Origin: a virus
Taxonomy: Duplodnaviria; Heunggongvirae; Uroviricota; Caudoviricetes
Direction: 5' to 3' (one strand)
DNA length: 64,000 nt
IMG/VR virus record: IMGVR_UViG_3300029544_000001
The stretch's first letter is position 1; every line of letters begins with the position of its first letter. Positions 36,663-46,898 of the stretch are shown here, piece by piece. The translations under genes were made by a program, and so were the position numbers. The notes beneath the pieces were generated by a model. It had not been told where the DNA came from. It worked only from the letters and a program-made list of their open reading frames with translations, and did not search any database.

Positions 36663-37355
36663 TTATGCAGCCATTCGCGCATCATATTCCGCACGCTTTT
36701 GAGCATTTCCCAGAACTTCCCATGCTGCATTTACCTCTTGCATCTTTTCATTGGAACCACCGGCATCAGGATGAGCAGATTTAGCAGCTTGTTTGTATGC
36801 AGCTTTAATTTCCGCTTCCGTAGCATCATGCTTCACACCCAAGATTTCATAATAGTTAGCGGCTTTTGCGACTACTTCTTCAAAGTTCAAACGGAATTTC
36901 AGAGCATCGAAAGACGCTTTTGTAGCAGCATGGATTTTCTTCTTAAAATCACGCGCTGCACAATCCAGGTCTTTCTTTGTAGGCACCAAACCAATACGGC
37001 TCCATACACTTCCCTCAACATCCCACTTCTTTGACACTTTGCAATCACTTGTACGCACTATGATTTCAGCCGGTGTACCGCTACGCAATTTGGATGCAAT
37101 ACCACCATTATCTTCACGCAGCCCAGCTTCCACCGCTTTCACAGTCCAGAACGTAGCTACCACATTCTTCCACACGCGGAAAATCTCGTCCTGTGTCTTA
37201 TCCTTTGGCGTGTATTCATCACCGGCAAAATTCAGTCCTGAATAATGCGTTTCTCCGTCACGGTTTACACTCTTATACACCAAAGTTACGCCTACCAACT
37301 CGTTTGCGTTCAAGTTCTCAAATTGTACACTGTTATACCTACTAATTGTTCCCAT
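36663..37355 (-). CDS. J-domain (DnaJ-like) protein with unknown N-terminal domain
   Basis: C-terminal YYEILGVKHDATEAEIKAAYKQAAKSAHPDAGG...AWEVLGNAQKRAEYD with the HPD tripeptide. Confidence 0.65.
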   Translation of the reverse strand: MGTISRYNSVQFENLNANELVGVTLVYKSVNRDGETHYSGLNFAGDEYTPKDKTQDEIFRVWKNVVATFWTVKAVEAGLREDNGGIASKLRSGTPAEIIVRTSDCKVSKKWDVEGSVWSRIGLVPTKKDLDCAARDFKKKIHAATKASFDALKFRLNFEEVVAKAANYYEILGVKHDATEAEIKAAYKQAAKSAHPDAGGSNEKMQEVNAAWEVLGNAQKRAEYDARMAA

Positions 37356-37390
37356 GATTACTGTTTTTTAGGAATTTTCTGCAATAGCGC

Positions 37391-37430
37391 ATTGTAGGCA
37401 ATCGGGGAATCGAACCCCGACCTACCAAAA
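37391..37430 (-). other. tRNA-like T-arm minihelix (TCGGGG-TTCGATT-CCCCGA) at the left edge of the 1.7 kb non-coding region
   Basis: perfect 6-bp T-stem with canonical T-loop; no complete tRNA could be folded. Confidence 0.35.
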
Positions 37431-39102
37431 TAGGAACGCACCACCGAAAACGTTTACACGCTTTCGATTGCGTTAAAGCCCAATCAGAGCATACTGGACA
37501 TTCACCTATCCAGCACACTCTATGTACAACTTTTTGCCCGTCACTAACAGCGCAACGGAGCCGTGCGCCCTGTGTATGAGTGCTCACCAACTGCAACCAA
37601 ACCGATTGAATTGCAGCTTTTTACATACGCTTTCGCCTATGTGGTAGGTAATTTCCATCGTTACCGTTAAAGCACACTTTTGGCATACACTTTTTCACTG
37701 TTAGGGCTGCGTTGCGTTGGTGATTACATATATACGCAAGGGCATATATCTTTCTCAGTTCGCATTAGGGGCAGATTTTCACACCTTTGTGTAAACATCC
37801 GTTTTTCGGTATGCAGTTGGCAACTGGGCACAACTATGGCACAAAGTTTACACTTTTCCCTTTTGCTGCATGGAGCTACGCACCTATGGCACGCTTTTGA
37901 AGCAGACTTATGTATATAGCTCCCCCATAGTGCCAGCGACGGTTTGCATGACAATCTTTAATAACTGACCATTACAGTTATGGGTATTCTTTTCCCGTTC
38001 ACAAAACATCCCGTTTTATGTCTGAGCGTGCGCTTTTGCTTTCGCTTTCGCACTCCTTTTGCTTTTATGTACTACTTTCTTTTGTCCGTTTCTTACTTCT
38101 TGTTTTTACGGTTATTAATTACGTTTATTATCTCGTATCTGTTTGCGGTTTTCGCTTTTTGTAGGTTTACAGATAAAACCAAAACGGAAAGTAAACACTT
38201 TATCAAGTAGCCGTTATCTTAACTTGACGTTGCAAAGATATGGCAAACATTTGGAACTGCAAAGTATTTTAGCAAAAAACTTTCATTTTAAGGCTAAAAT
38301 AATTTGCAAACACTTGATTTTCAGATACATAAAAACATCAACAAAACAGATAAATCTATAAATAGCTGATAATCAACAAAATAATCATCTCAACACGTGC
38401 GCGTGTACGCGGGGTTATTTATTAGGGCAAATCGTGACACACATACACACACATATACGCGCGGGATGTTGTTACCTGGATGCAAAAAGGAACGGGAACA
38501 AATCACATACACAAAAGGGTAAATTTGTAATAATTTCAAAAGAGTATCAAAAACAAAAGAATAGGCAAAACAAAGAACAAAAGCACATTTGTTTCACTTT
38601 TGTATATTAGTGAAACAATATAATTAACTGATTTACAGCAATATGGCAATAAAAAATATAAAAAAAAGAAGGCAGAGCCGGTCAATTATGGAGCGAATAC
38701 CGTATATATAATCCGACCTGATTTTTCAATCTCGTTTTTTCAAAAGTCGATCATAGTACAAAAAGCCAATTCTCTTCCAGACCACGTTATTCAATACAAT
38801 AAAATTATCTCCAATTTCTAACATCAATTTTATAATATATCGAATCTGGAAGTAGAGATTTCGTAATTATCCCAGCATCAATTTATTAACTTTATTTTTT
38901 ATAATACAGAGAAATAATTATTTTCCAATATATTCAAATTGACAACGATATAAAAATTCAATATATAAGTTTTCTGATTTTTTTCAGCCACCTATTTTTT
39001 CAGTCTCGTTTTGTGGTAATTAAGCTAAATTTTTATATCCAAATTGATGTTTATCAAAAAATCATATTACATTTGCCTAACAATTGATTATTTTATCCAA
39101 AT

Positions 39103-40017
39103 ATGAAAACTAAAAAACAAGTAGAGCATTTTCTAAGAAAAAGAAAATATAAGTCTGAAATTGATTTTAAAGGAATCAGTTCTTATTGCAAAACAGAATA
39201 TAATATTAAGCTGCATGTACCTTCCAGTTATTCAGACGATCCTGAATCTCTCGATTACGCTACATTTGCCAACTGGTTTGACAAAGGATTTGGAGCTGGA
39301 GATGCAGTAAAATGGAACGATTCTATAGGTTTGGTACAAGAAGGGAATGTGAATACAGTTTTAATATGCCTTAGAATTGACGGAAACACGCCTAATTTCG
39401 ACAAAATAACAATTCCTGTAGACATTATAACCCCAGCCGGAGAAAATGCTTTAAATCGCCTCTATTTAGTTTTAGATGAAAATGGCCAGGAATTTGGCAA
39501 CCCATTTTTCGTAATAAGCGATAAATATATTCCCAAATCATGTGATTTAGTATGCTTCCATAATCATAAAACTGGTCAAGAAGGATATGGGGTAGTAAGA
39601 CTTGTAGATAAATCCTCTGGAGACATTGTTATGTATTGCTATGTTATCAAAGGGGAACCAGTTAAATACAGCATGAACGAGTATTTGGGAAAAATAGATG
39701 ATTTTTCGTTCACAACTTTCAAGCCAGCGGATTATCAAAGAAAGGCTCTGGATGTAGAATTAGCTAAGGTCGGTAAAACATGGAATCATTTTCTAAAACG
39801 AATTGAGCCTTTGAACATGAAAGTAGCTACAGGAGAACGATACTGGTATATTACGGATAAGATGCAAGTTACTTCAGATGTGGAAAAAGGAACTGTAACA
39901 AGCAATAAACGTTATCTGGCAGGCAATTATTTTCGAAGAGAGAAAGATGCGATTAGAATACTGTCTGAAGAAATAGAAATTAGAAGAAACTTTTTAGCCG
40001 AACCCGAAATAAGATAA
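39103..40017 (+). CDS. hypothetical protein (isolated + strand gene)
   Basis: 304 aa. Confidence 0.45.
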   Translation: MKTKKQVEHFLRKRKYKSEIDFKGISSYCKTEYNIKLHVPSSYSDDPESLDYATFANWFDKGFGAGDAVKWNDSIGLVQEGNVNTVLICLRIDGNTPNFDKITIPVDIITPAGENALNRLYLVLDENGQEFGNPFFVISDKYIPKSCDLVCFHNHKTGQEGYGVVRLVDKSSGDIVMYCYVIKGEPVKYSMNEYLGKIDDFSFTTFKPADYQRKALDVELAKVGKTWNHFLKRIEPLNMKVATGERYWYITDKMQVTSDVEKGTVTSNKRYLAGNYFRREKDAIRILSEEIEIRRNFLAEPEIR

Positions 40018-40062
40018 TCAAGTCCGGCTAAGGAAAAGGATTCTGGAAGGTGGCAAAAGACT

Positions 40063-41622
40063 TCATGGTTGTTCTGCCATCTTTTTGTTATAAAGCTCCT
40101 CCACATCACTTGCCTGATTTACCTGCACGTTATAGCTTATAATCTTACCAACTGACAACTGTTGAGGATGAAGTTTAACTGTATTTTTTTGAGGAAGCTC
40201 TTTCCATAGGGTTCTCAAATCTTCTACAGGCACCTTCGATTCGTTCGAGAAACGTTTAAGCAAATCTTCATAAGCAGCTTTCGTCACTTCTGATGGACGA
40301 GGTTGCTGATTACTTTCCCGTTCTTTCACAAACTCAATCATAAGCCATATTGCATACTCGGCGTCCGTCAACATATTCGTATCTTTTTCGGCGACTTGCC
40401 GGAGAGATTCAAGAAATATCAATCTGGAGGTTCGGTCCTCTACTCCTTTTCGTTTAATTTTTCTGGAAGATGAGGGAGATTGATTGATGTTTTTAATTTT
40501 ACTGGGAGTCACATAACATACAGGTTCTCCATTTTGCATCTTAACATCGAATCCAAAAATATTCTTCATGTCTTGTTCTGAAAGAGAGAAATCAGGATTG
40601 ATAGTTTTTAAATCATTCCAAGCACGGTAAAGAATATCTTTGAAATATTCAACTGGAATGTAATTATCTGGAGAGTCTTCATCATATTGCAAATATCCCC
40701 AAACTTCTCTTATTGCCATATCAAAATCATTATCGGCAAAATCTGGAAGGTTAATGATGGTTTCAAAATCAGAAGAAGAAAGATCTGGAAAAGATAAGTC
40801 ACGAGAATTGAACCATTCCAAAATCTTCATATCAGTTTCTTTATTAAACTCACTTCGTTCGTTATGATTCTCTTTATTCTCTATATTATCTATATATATC
40901 TTATTCTGTTGTTCAATATGAGCGGACCCTCGTTCAATATGAACACACCCTCGCTCATATTGAGCGCACCCTCGTTCATATTGAGCGGACCCCTGTTCAT
41001 ATTGAACGAGGTTAGATTGCTCTTTGACTACATTTTCTGATAGTTTTTCTATGTCTTCACCTTTTTCTTCGTCTATTTGCGAGGGTGTGTTCATATTGAG
41101 CGAGGGTGTGTTCATATTGAGCGAGGGTGTGTTCATATTGAGCGAGGGTGTGTTCATATTGAGCGAGGGTGTGTTCATATTGAGCGAGGTGTGTGGATAT
41201 TGACGAACGACATCGTTCAATATGGTCAATGGAATCGCTGAAATTGGACGTACCTCGCTATTTAAGCACAAGCCTCGCAGATATACCCATCCTTTATCTG
41301 ATATTTGAGAACTTACTTTATGTATTGCTCGTATCTCACTCCAATTTACATAGAATGTGCAAAGTGCCCCTTTATTTTGAGAACAGCTGATAAGATTAAG
41401 TTGCTTCAAGGTATCTATTGCCCGGCGTACTGAACTAATAGAAGTTCCCATGACGTCAGCTAGTTCTTTGTTGGATATGGCGCATGTTGTCTTATCTCCA
41501 TCCGTATAGCCTCTTCGTAACAGATGAAATAAAATCATAAAGCCATCACTGGATGTTAATGTTGCCATTGCGTATGGGATGCACTTCCAGTGGTTATCGA
41601 ATTTCTCGGAAAACGTACTCAT
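40063..41622 (-). CDS. putative replication initiator: N-terminal winged-helix/HTH domain, internal TPSLNMN x5 and QYERG(C/S)A repeats encoded by iterons
   Basis: 519 aa; N-terminal ...LRRGYTDGDKTTCAISNKELADVMGTSISSVRRAIDTLKQLNLI...; iteron arrays embedded in the ORF. Confidence 0.45.
   Translation of the reverse strand: MSTFSEKFDNHWKCIPYAMATLTSSDGFMILFHLLRRGYTDGDKTTCAISNKELADVMGTSISSVRRAIDTLKQLNLISCSQNKGALCTFYVNWSEIRAIHKVSSQISDKGWVYLRGLCLNSEVRPISAIPLTILNDVVRQYPHTSLNMNTPSLNMNTPSLNMNTPSLNMNTPSLNMNTPSQIDEEKGEDIEKLSENVVKEQSNLVQYEQGSAQYERGCAQYERGCVHIERGSAHIEQQNKIYIDNIENKENHNERSEFNKETDMKILEWFNSRDLSFPDLSSSDFETIINLPDFADNDFDMAIREVWGYLQYDEDSPDNYIPVEYFKDILYRAWNDLKTINPDFSLSEQDMKNIFGFDVKMQNGEPVCYVTPSKIKNINQSPSSSRKIKRKGVEDRTSRLIFLESLRQVAEKDTNMLTDAEYAIWLMIEFVKERESNQQPRPSEVTKAAYEDLLKRFSNESKVPVEDLRTLWKELPQKNTVKLHPQQLSVGKIISYNVQVNQASDVEELYNKKMAEQP
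40912..41011. repeat. iteron array 1: about 4.7 imperfect 21-bp direct repeats TTCA(A)TATGA(G/A)C(G/A)(C/G)(A/G)CCCTCG, next to an AT-rich stretch at 40871-40910
   Basis: units at 40912, 40933, 40954, 40975, 40996. Confidence 0.7.
41080..41205. repeat. iteron array 2: five perfect 21-bp tandem repeats CGAGGGTGTGTTCATATTGAG plus a degenerate sixth, inverted relative to array 1
   Basis: units at 41080, 41101, 41122, 41143, 41164; the reverse complement matches the array-1 unit TTCAATATGAACACACCCTCG. Confidence 0.8.
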
Positions 41623-41807
41623 TTACTTGTATCATCTTTTATATAAAAACTAATAATCTGCCCTTTAACCATCTGTTTGGTAAGACGGAAACCTATTTGT
41701 TTTGCAAATCGTCCTATGCGTTGATTATTGGGTGCATACGGAAATCTTTCAGCATAACATGTTCTCATATCTTCTACAGAAACCCTGTTTTTATTTTCTA
41801 TATCCAT
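41619..41807 (-). CDS. small hypothetical protein
   Basis: 62 aa. Confidence 0.3.
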   Translation of the reverse strand: MDIENKNRVSVEDMRTCYAERFPYAPNNQRIGRFAKQIGFRLTKQMVKGQIISFYIKDDTSK

Positions 41808-41842
41808 ACTTTTATTAAATTAGTTCGTTATACATCTATTTA

Positions 41843-42025
41843 TTATTTCTCTTCGTTTTGACTTGGCATATTATTTTGTTGGCACAAGTTAAGTTGATTT
41901 TGGCTCAACAATTCATCGCATGTCCGTTTAAAAGGACAATCTTTACAAGCTGTATTCTGTGCAACCACAATGGTTATAGCCGCGATTGAGACAAGCGACA
42001 ATACAATTAAAAGAATAACAATCAT
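41843..42025 (-). CDS. small single-TM membrane protein
   Basis: 60 aa. Confidence 0.3.
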   Translation of the reverse strand: MIVILLIVLSLVSIAAITIVVAQNTACKDCPFKRTCDELLSQNQLNLCQQNNMPSQNEEK

Positions 42026-42026
42026 T

Positions 42027-42761
42027 TTATTTCAAGTTTTTTGTCATTAATATAAAATCATATTTTAATGGATCCTCTGCATCCCATTGGCGATAAACAT
42101 GAGTGAGTTCCATAACAGCCTTCCAGCTTTCTTTAGGATAAGATATAATCCCCATACGTTGTGCTTGCTGCGCAACATGGGTATCCATAACAGCGTATAG
42201 TTTTTTAGGTTTGATTAAGTCAGTCTGCCATACTCCTAAATCTATTTCATCTTTACGAACCATCCAACGCAATAGCATATTAATACGTTTACAAGCAGAG
42301 TTACGATATGGACTTCCAAGACGGGCCGGTTCACACCAATTACATAGCGTGAGTAATAAATCATCAAGTGAAATGGGATGTTTTTTTAAATATTCCTGAA
42401 TAGAATCGTGTTTACTGTAGAAGTATCTTAATTGATGACACACCTCTTTAAATATTTTTCCTGTAAGAGTACGGTAAATATTACATTCGTCCGGAATATC
42501 ATAAAAATCACCAAATTTAATATACTTACCTGGCTCCCATCCACATACGTCCATCAACTTCTCTGCACAATATATTATATGACTATATTGTCCCCATGAA
42601 ACCATAGCCGTCCATATTGCACAAACCTCAATATCCGCTGTAGTTCTCCCAGAAAGATTCCGTATCTGGTGTACTATTTGAATAGGATCATTTGAGATAA
42701 ACGCTTTATGGTCAAACTGATTCCACATTCGTTCCATCTCATTTTTTAATGTATATATCAT
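42027..42761 (-). CDS. hypothetical protein
   Basis: 244 aa. Confidence 0.45.
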   Translation of the reverse strand: MIYTLKNEMERMWNQFDHKAFISNDPIQIVHQIRNLSGRTTADIEVCAIWTAMVSWGQYSHIIYCAEKLMDVCGWEPGKYIKFGDFYDIPDECNIYRTLTGKIFKEVCHQLRYFYSKHDSIQEYLKKHPISLDDLLLTLCNWCEPARLGSPYRNSACKRINMLLRWMVRKDEIDLGVWQTDLIKPKKLYAVMDTHVAQQAQRMGIISYPKESWKAVMELTHVYRQWDAEDPLKYDFILMTKNLK

Positions 42762-43071
42762 TATTATCTGCTTTTAAATTGTTACGATAAAAAGTTATCA
42801 TATCAGCTATAATATTAGTTGCTACTTTGGCTTGTTGTGCCATTTCATAATTTTCTGCTTTTACTAAGTTTTCATTCCAGCACCATATATCATATCTGAT
42901 TTTCCATAAAATCATTTCATTGGCATCATTCGTAAATTGAGAGTGAGATAACATTAGCTTCTGAAGATAATATATCTCTTGAAGAGTTTTGTATTGCTTA
43001 GATAGTTTACGAAGTGCATAAATGGCAATGGCAAACAATATTAAGCATAGTATAAAAATTGCATATATCAT
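42739..43071 (-). CDS. membrane-anchored hypothetical protein
   Basis: 110 aa; N-terminal TM helix. Confidence 0.35.
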   Translation of the reverse strand: MIYAIFILCLILFAIAIYALRKLSKQYKTLQEIYYLQKLMLSHSQFTNDANEMILWKIRYDIWCWNENLVKAENYEMAQQAKVATNIIADMITFYRNNLKADNNDIYIKK

Positions 43072-43655
43072 ATTTTTAATTCGTTTATATTTATAAATGA
43101 AGGACAGTTTTCATCGCCAATAGTATGATTGGCCGGAATCTTATTGAAAGGTCCATCTCGTTCGCAAGATAAATTATATCTAAGACAATTATAGCGATCC
43201 CAACATCCTTTAGCCTGACACTTATGAGGGTCGTTAGATAATTTGGTATAAGTTATCAATGATAGGAAATTGGCAGTATCTGGTAATTGCTTTCTAAAAT
43301 GTTTAGGGATTTCACCTTGATGCCATATATTATTGGATTTGATTAGTGTTCCATCAAATCGCCGAATATAAAATTCTTTACCTTCAGAACCTTTAATAAC
43401 GTTATTGGGTCGTTTTACAAATGGATATACAATATAATAATGAGAACCAATAACTTCATTACCTATATCCGGATGAGCTATTTTATCCATCCAGAAAGCA
43501 CATTTAGAACAGACATTTCGTTTACTCATAATACGCAAAATATCTCCCGGAGGATTACATTCATCCAGGTTCTCCAGCGTATTACATAATTCACAAGTAA
43601 TGATGATGGGTGGGGATACAGACAGTCCCCTCTTTTGTTGTATAAACATGGTCAA
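43068..43655 (-). CDS. Cys-rich hypothetical protein
   Basis: 195 aa. Confidence 0.4.
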   Translation of the reverse strand: MTMFIQQKRGLSVSPPIIITCELCNTLENLDECNPPGDILRIMSKRNVCSKCAFWMDKIAHPDIGNEVIGSHYYIVYPFVKRPNNVIKGSEGKEFYIRRFDGTLIKSNNIWHQGEIPKHFRKQLPDTANFLSLITYTKLSNDPHKCQAKGCWDRYNCLRYNLSCERDGPFNKIPANHTIGDENCPSFININELKI

Positions 43656-43730
43656 TTTTATTTATCCGATTATGGAATAAAGATAGGGGCACATGTCGTG
43701 CAAATCAAAATGTAAAATGTAGCGAAGAAG

Positions 43731-44318
43731 TTAGAGACGGATAGAATCGAATATAGAATTTATTTCATCTTCTCTAATACAGATGTATATTTTAGTTATT
43801 TCAATGTTAGAGTGATTGAATATCCTGTTCAATAGTAACAATGCTTCTGACTTGTTTTCGCTTGTATCATAAACATATCGTCCAAATGTTTTTCTAAAAG
43901 TATGCGTAGAAAAATTCTCTATATCCAATTTATATTTAGCCTTCCATTCTTTCATTATCCGATTAAGATATTGGGAAGAGATAGATACTCCTGTAAATTT
44001 GCTTTTAAATATTAATTCATTCGGATTAGGGCGTTTAAGCAATATATAAAGTTCCTCTATTCTCGTTTGAATACTTAAATTAAATGGGATTTTTCGTACC
44101 TTTCCAGTTTTCTTCTCAATTTTAGTCAATGAACCTTTATGGAGAATATCAGCCCATGCTAAAGACAATACATCTGATACTCGTAGTGCAGTGCAGAATG
44201 CCAGTCGAGCATATAGTTCCCATAAATATTGCCGATCCTTATGAAGAAGGCGTAGTAATTTCTTATATTCTTCCATAGGAAGATAATCACTTTTGGTTAA
44301 CTGATTTTTCTTTGCCAT
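43731..44318 (-). CDS. tyrosine-type site-specific recombinase, catalytic domain only (no N-terminal core-binding domain)
   Basis: ALRVSDVLSL (Arg I), HTFRKTFGRYVY (His-x-x-Arg), ITKIYI (catalytic Tyr); only 195 aa. Confidence 0.6.
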   Translation of the reverse strand: MAKKNQLTKSDYLPMEEYKKLLRLLHKDRQYLWELYARLAFCTALRVSDVLSLAWADILHKGSLTKIEKKTGKVRKIPFNLSIQTRIEELYILLKRPNPNELIFKSKFTGVSISSQYLNRIMKEWKAKYKLDIENFSTHTFRKTFGRYVYDTSENKSEALLLLNRIFNHSNIEITKIYICIREDEINSIFDSIRL

Positions 44319-44439
44319 AATTATATCAATTCATTTACTCAATGCAAAAGTATGATATTACATCCAATTATACAAATTTAGAAGCGATTAATATCAATTT
44401 AAATCAATATTAATCGCTAATATATTGCAATACAACAAT

Positions 44440-46398
44440 TTAACCATTCAAAAATTCACAGAATTCTTCAATTGATAAAATTGGTATCCCCAATAATTTG
44501 GCCTTGGATATTTTTGATGAGTTGGCAGATTTGTCCTTCACCACCAAATGTGTTGTTTTTTTAGACACCCCACTAACAATTTTTCCTCCTTCGTTGGTGA
44601 TTACTTCTTCAAGATTACTATCTCGAAATCCTGATACACAGATGGACAAACCTTTACATTTACCTTCCAGCACAACGGTCTTTGGGGACAATTTGTAAGG
44701 TATTTTAGTTTCCTCTAAAAAGGCCATAAATGGAAAATACCCTAACAATAAGTTTTGTACAGTTATAGGACAATTTTTAAAGTCTTCGCTTTGAACATCC
44801 GGTTCGTGATTGATATACCACCCTTGACAGAACGAGCATAAATCCTCATCATCCATTTCATCCAATATTTTTTGGGCTTTTATTTTTCCTATTCCTTTAA
44901 AGCAATCGCTGGCTTGCATTAAAGTCGCCAAATCAACTCCTTGCATGATTTTTCTGTTATTCTCCAATATTATATTTGAAATACTGTCTCCGAATCCTTC
45001 GATTTTTATCAGATCGTTAAAAGTAACGTTAAGAATCGCCGGTATAGAAGTAAAGCCTGCATTGAATATTTTGGATAATGTTTCTTCTCCCATATTTTCA
45101 GCCCCACATGTCAAATAGAAAAATATAATTTTAGCTAATTGAACACCTGGACAACTAGGATTAGTGCAACACAGTTCTATGTGATTCTCATTCCACATAG
45201 TCGATGAACCACAATGAGGACACTCTGACATTTCATCCCATAATTTTTCTTGTTCTTCTTGTGTTGCTGGGCTAAGAGTTGAGAGAATCTTAGGAATTAC
45301 CCCTCCAGAACGGGTAACTAATATTTCAGCCCCCTTCGCTATTTCGTGATCATTAATCCAACCGGCATTATATCCAGTAGGATTTTCCATGTTACAATCT
45401 CCAGTATCAACCATTTCAATATTGACCACAGGTTTAAGGGCACCTGACTTACTGACTTTCCATACAATACCCTTAACTGTTGTTTCAAAAGATTCTGTAA
45501 AATCTGGATGTTTGTAGGCAATAGCATATAATGGATTTCCAGATGTTTGATGTCTGCCAATAACTTCCCATAAGCGCAAATCATCAACATAAATTACAAT
45601 ACCATCAATTGGATATATCTTACTCCACTCTTTGAATAAATTCATCAGTAGCTCTTCATTCAGTTCATCTATAAAAGCGAAATGGTAAAGATGCTCTTGT
45701 TGATAGATATTACAAATAGTTTCTATCAGACTATGGAAGTTGTTATAATCATGTAGGGAACTCTCATCCACTCCATATCTGAAAAAAGAAGCGTGTTCAA
45801 GATAATCACACGGCTCATCTCTATTTAAAAGACCGGCAGCTGTATTACGTGGTGATTTAAAAATATCTCCTGTGAATTTAGAACGTTTTCCATGAAAATG
45901 TTGCTCCCAATCACTTCTGTTGATGACAAATTCTCCAAAAGTATAATGAAAACTGCTGGCCGGATTATAACATTGAGTGGATGCTTGATAATGGTTAGTA
46001 CAATCTTGTCCTTCATTTTCTATCCCGCCACGAGAATATGCCTCACCTGTTAATTCATTATATAGTAGAGAAAGACCATCCAGCTTAGGCATACATACTA
46101 CACCTGCATTTCCTTTCAAGCCTAAAGACATATACCATTTTTTAAGTTCTGATATATCCTTTACTTTATTTAAAGATTTCATTGGGATTGGCAAAGCCCG
46201 TTTTCGGGTTTCAGACACAAAAGCGGGTTCGGTATGTTTGAACCATTCATTGTCTGGATCAAGTGTTTTTAATAGTTCTATTTCTGCATCATACTCCGCA
46301 TCTGAGATTTCTGGCGTACCCATACGATACATTTTATTGTGTCGCTTGACCCTATCAAGCAACGCATCTTTTGTTTCAACTGTAAAATTAAGCTCCAT
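44440..46398 (-). CDS. ligA: NAD+-dependent DNA ligase (LigA-type)
   Basis: adenylation motif MPKLDG (KxDG), Cys4 zinc finger CPHCGS...CTNPSCP, C-terminal BRCT-like segment; 652 aa. Confidence 0.8.
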   Translation of the reverse strand: MELNFTVETKDALLDRVKRHNKMYRMGTPEISDAEYDAEIELLKTLDPDNEWFKHTEPAFVSETRKRALPIPMKSLNKVKDISELKKWYMSLGLKGNAGVVCMPKLDGLSLLYNELTGEAYSRGGIENEGQDCTNHYQASTQCYNPASSFHYTFGEFVINRSDWEQHFHGKRSKFTGDIFKSPRNTAAGLLNRDEPCDYLEHASFFRYGVDESSLHDYNNFHSLIETICNIYQQEHLYHFAFIDELNEELLMNLFKEWSKIYPIDGIVIYVDDLRLWEVIGRHQTSGNPLYAIAYKHPDFTESFETTVKGIVWKVSKSGALKPVVNIEMVDTGDCNMENPTGYNAGWINDHEIAKGAEILVTRSGGVIPKILSTLSPATQEEQEKLWDEMSECPHCGSSTMWNENHIELCCTNPSCPGVQLAKIIFFYLTCGAENMGEETLSKIFNAGFTSIPAILNVTFNDLIKIEGFGDSISNIILENNRKIMQGVDLATLMQASDCFKGIGKIKAQKILDEMDDEDLCSFCQGWYINHEPDVQSEDFKNCPITVQNLLLGYFPFMAFLEETKIPYKLSPKTVVLEGKCKGLSICVSGFRDSNLEEVITNEGGKIVSGVSKKTTHLVVKDKSANSSKISKAKLLGIPILSIEEFCEFLNG

Positions 46399-46454
46399 AT
46401 CTTATAATATTTATAAATTAAATAATGGGGCACATAAAACGTACCCCATATTTC

Positions 46455-46898
46455 TTATTTTATTCCAGAATGCCCAAATCCTTGTTCACCGCGTTCTGTG
46501 GCCTCTAAATCTTCGATTGAAGAAACAGGCTCCCATTCTGCTTGTTCATATTTAGAGATAATCATTTGAGCAATCCGTTCCCCGTCATTAACAGTAAACG
46601 GCTCTGTTCCATGATTAATAAGAATTACACCTACATCACCTCGATAGTCGGCATCCACGCATCCAGGAGAATTAAGACAAGTGATTCCTTTTTTAAGAGC
46701 CAATCCACTTCTAGGCTGAATTCTTGCTTCAAAACCTTCTGGAAGTTGTATGTGTAATCCTGTTGGAACCAATACACGTTCTCTAGGATTAATAGTAATT
46801 GGAGCATCAATATTTGCTCTTAGGTCCAGTCCTGCTGATTGCTTAGTTGCGTATTGAGGCAACGGATGTTTTGATGTACTATAAACTTTTACTTTCAT
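46455..46898 (-). CDS. dut: dUTP diphosphatase (trimeric dUTPase)
   Basis: [43 protein letters not shown]. Confidence 0.85.
   Translation of the reverse strand: MKVKVYSTSKHPLPQYATKQSAGLDLRANIDAPITINPRERVLVPTGLHIQLPEGFEARIQPRSGLALKKGITCLNSPGCVDADYRGDVGVILINHGTEPFTVNDGERIAQMIISKYEQAEWEPVSSIEDLEATERGEQGFGHSGIK

Larger units (their letters stand above)
36500..38650. promoter_or_regulatory. cluster of TGGCA-containing sites ((C/A)TATGGCA(C/A)), one as the inverted pair TGGCA-N16-TGCCA
   Basis: TGGCA at 36506, 37681, 37847, 37887, 38241, 38645; TGCCA at 36527 and 37931; two are the extended ctatggcac. Confidence 0.4.

Noticed and set aside
37342-37596. 84-aa minus ORF and other short ORFs across the GC-rich part of the large non-coding region
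   Set aside because: They overlap the tRNA-like minihelix and have Cys/Arg-rich composition typical of GC-rich non-coding DNA.
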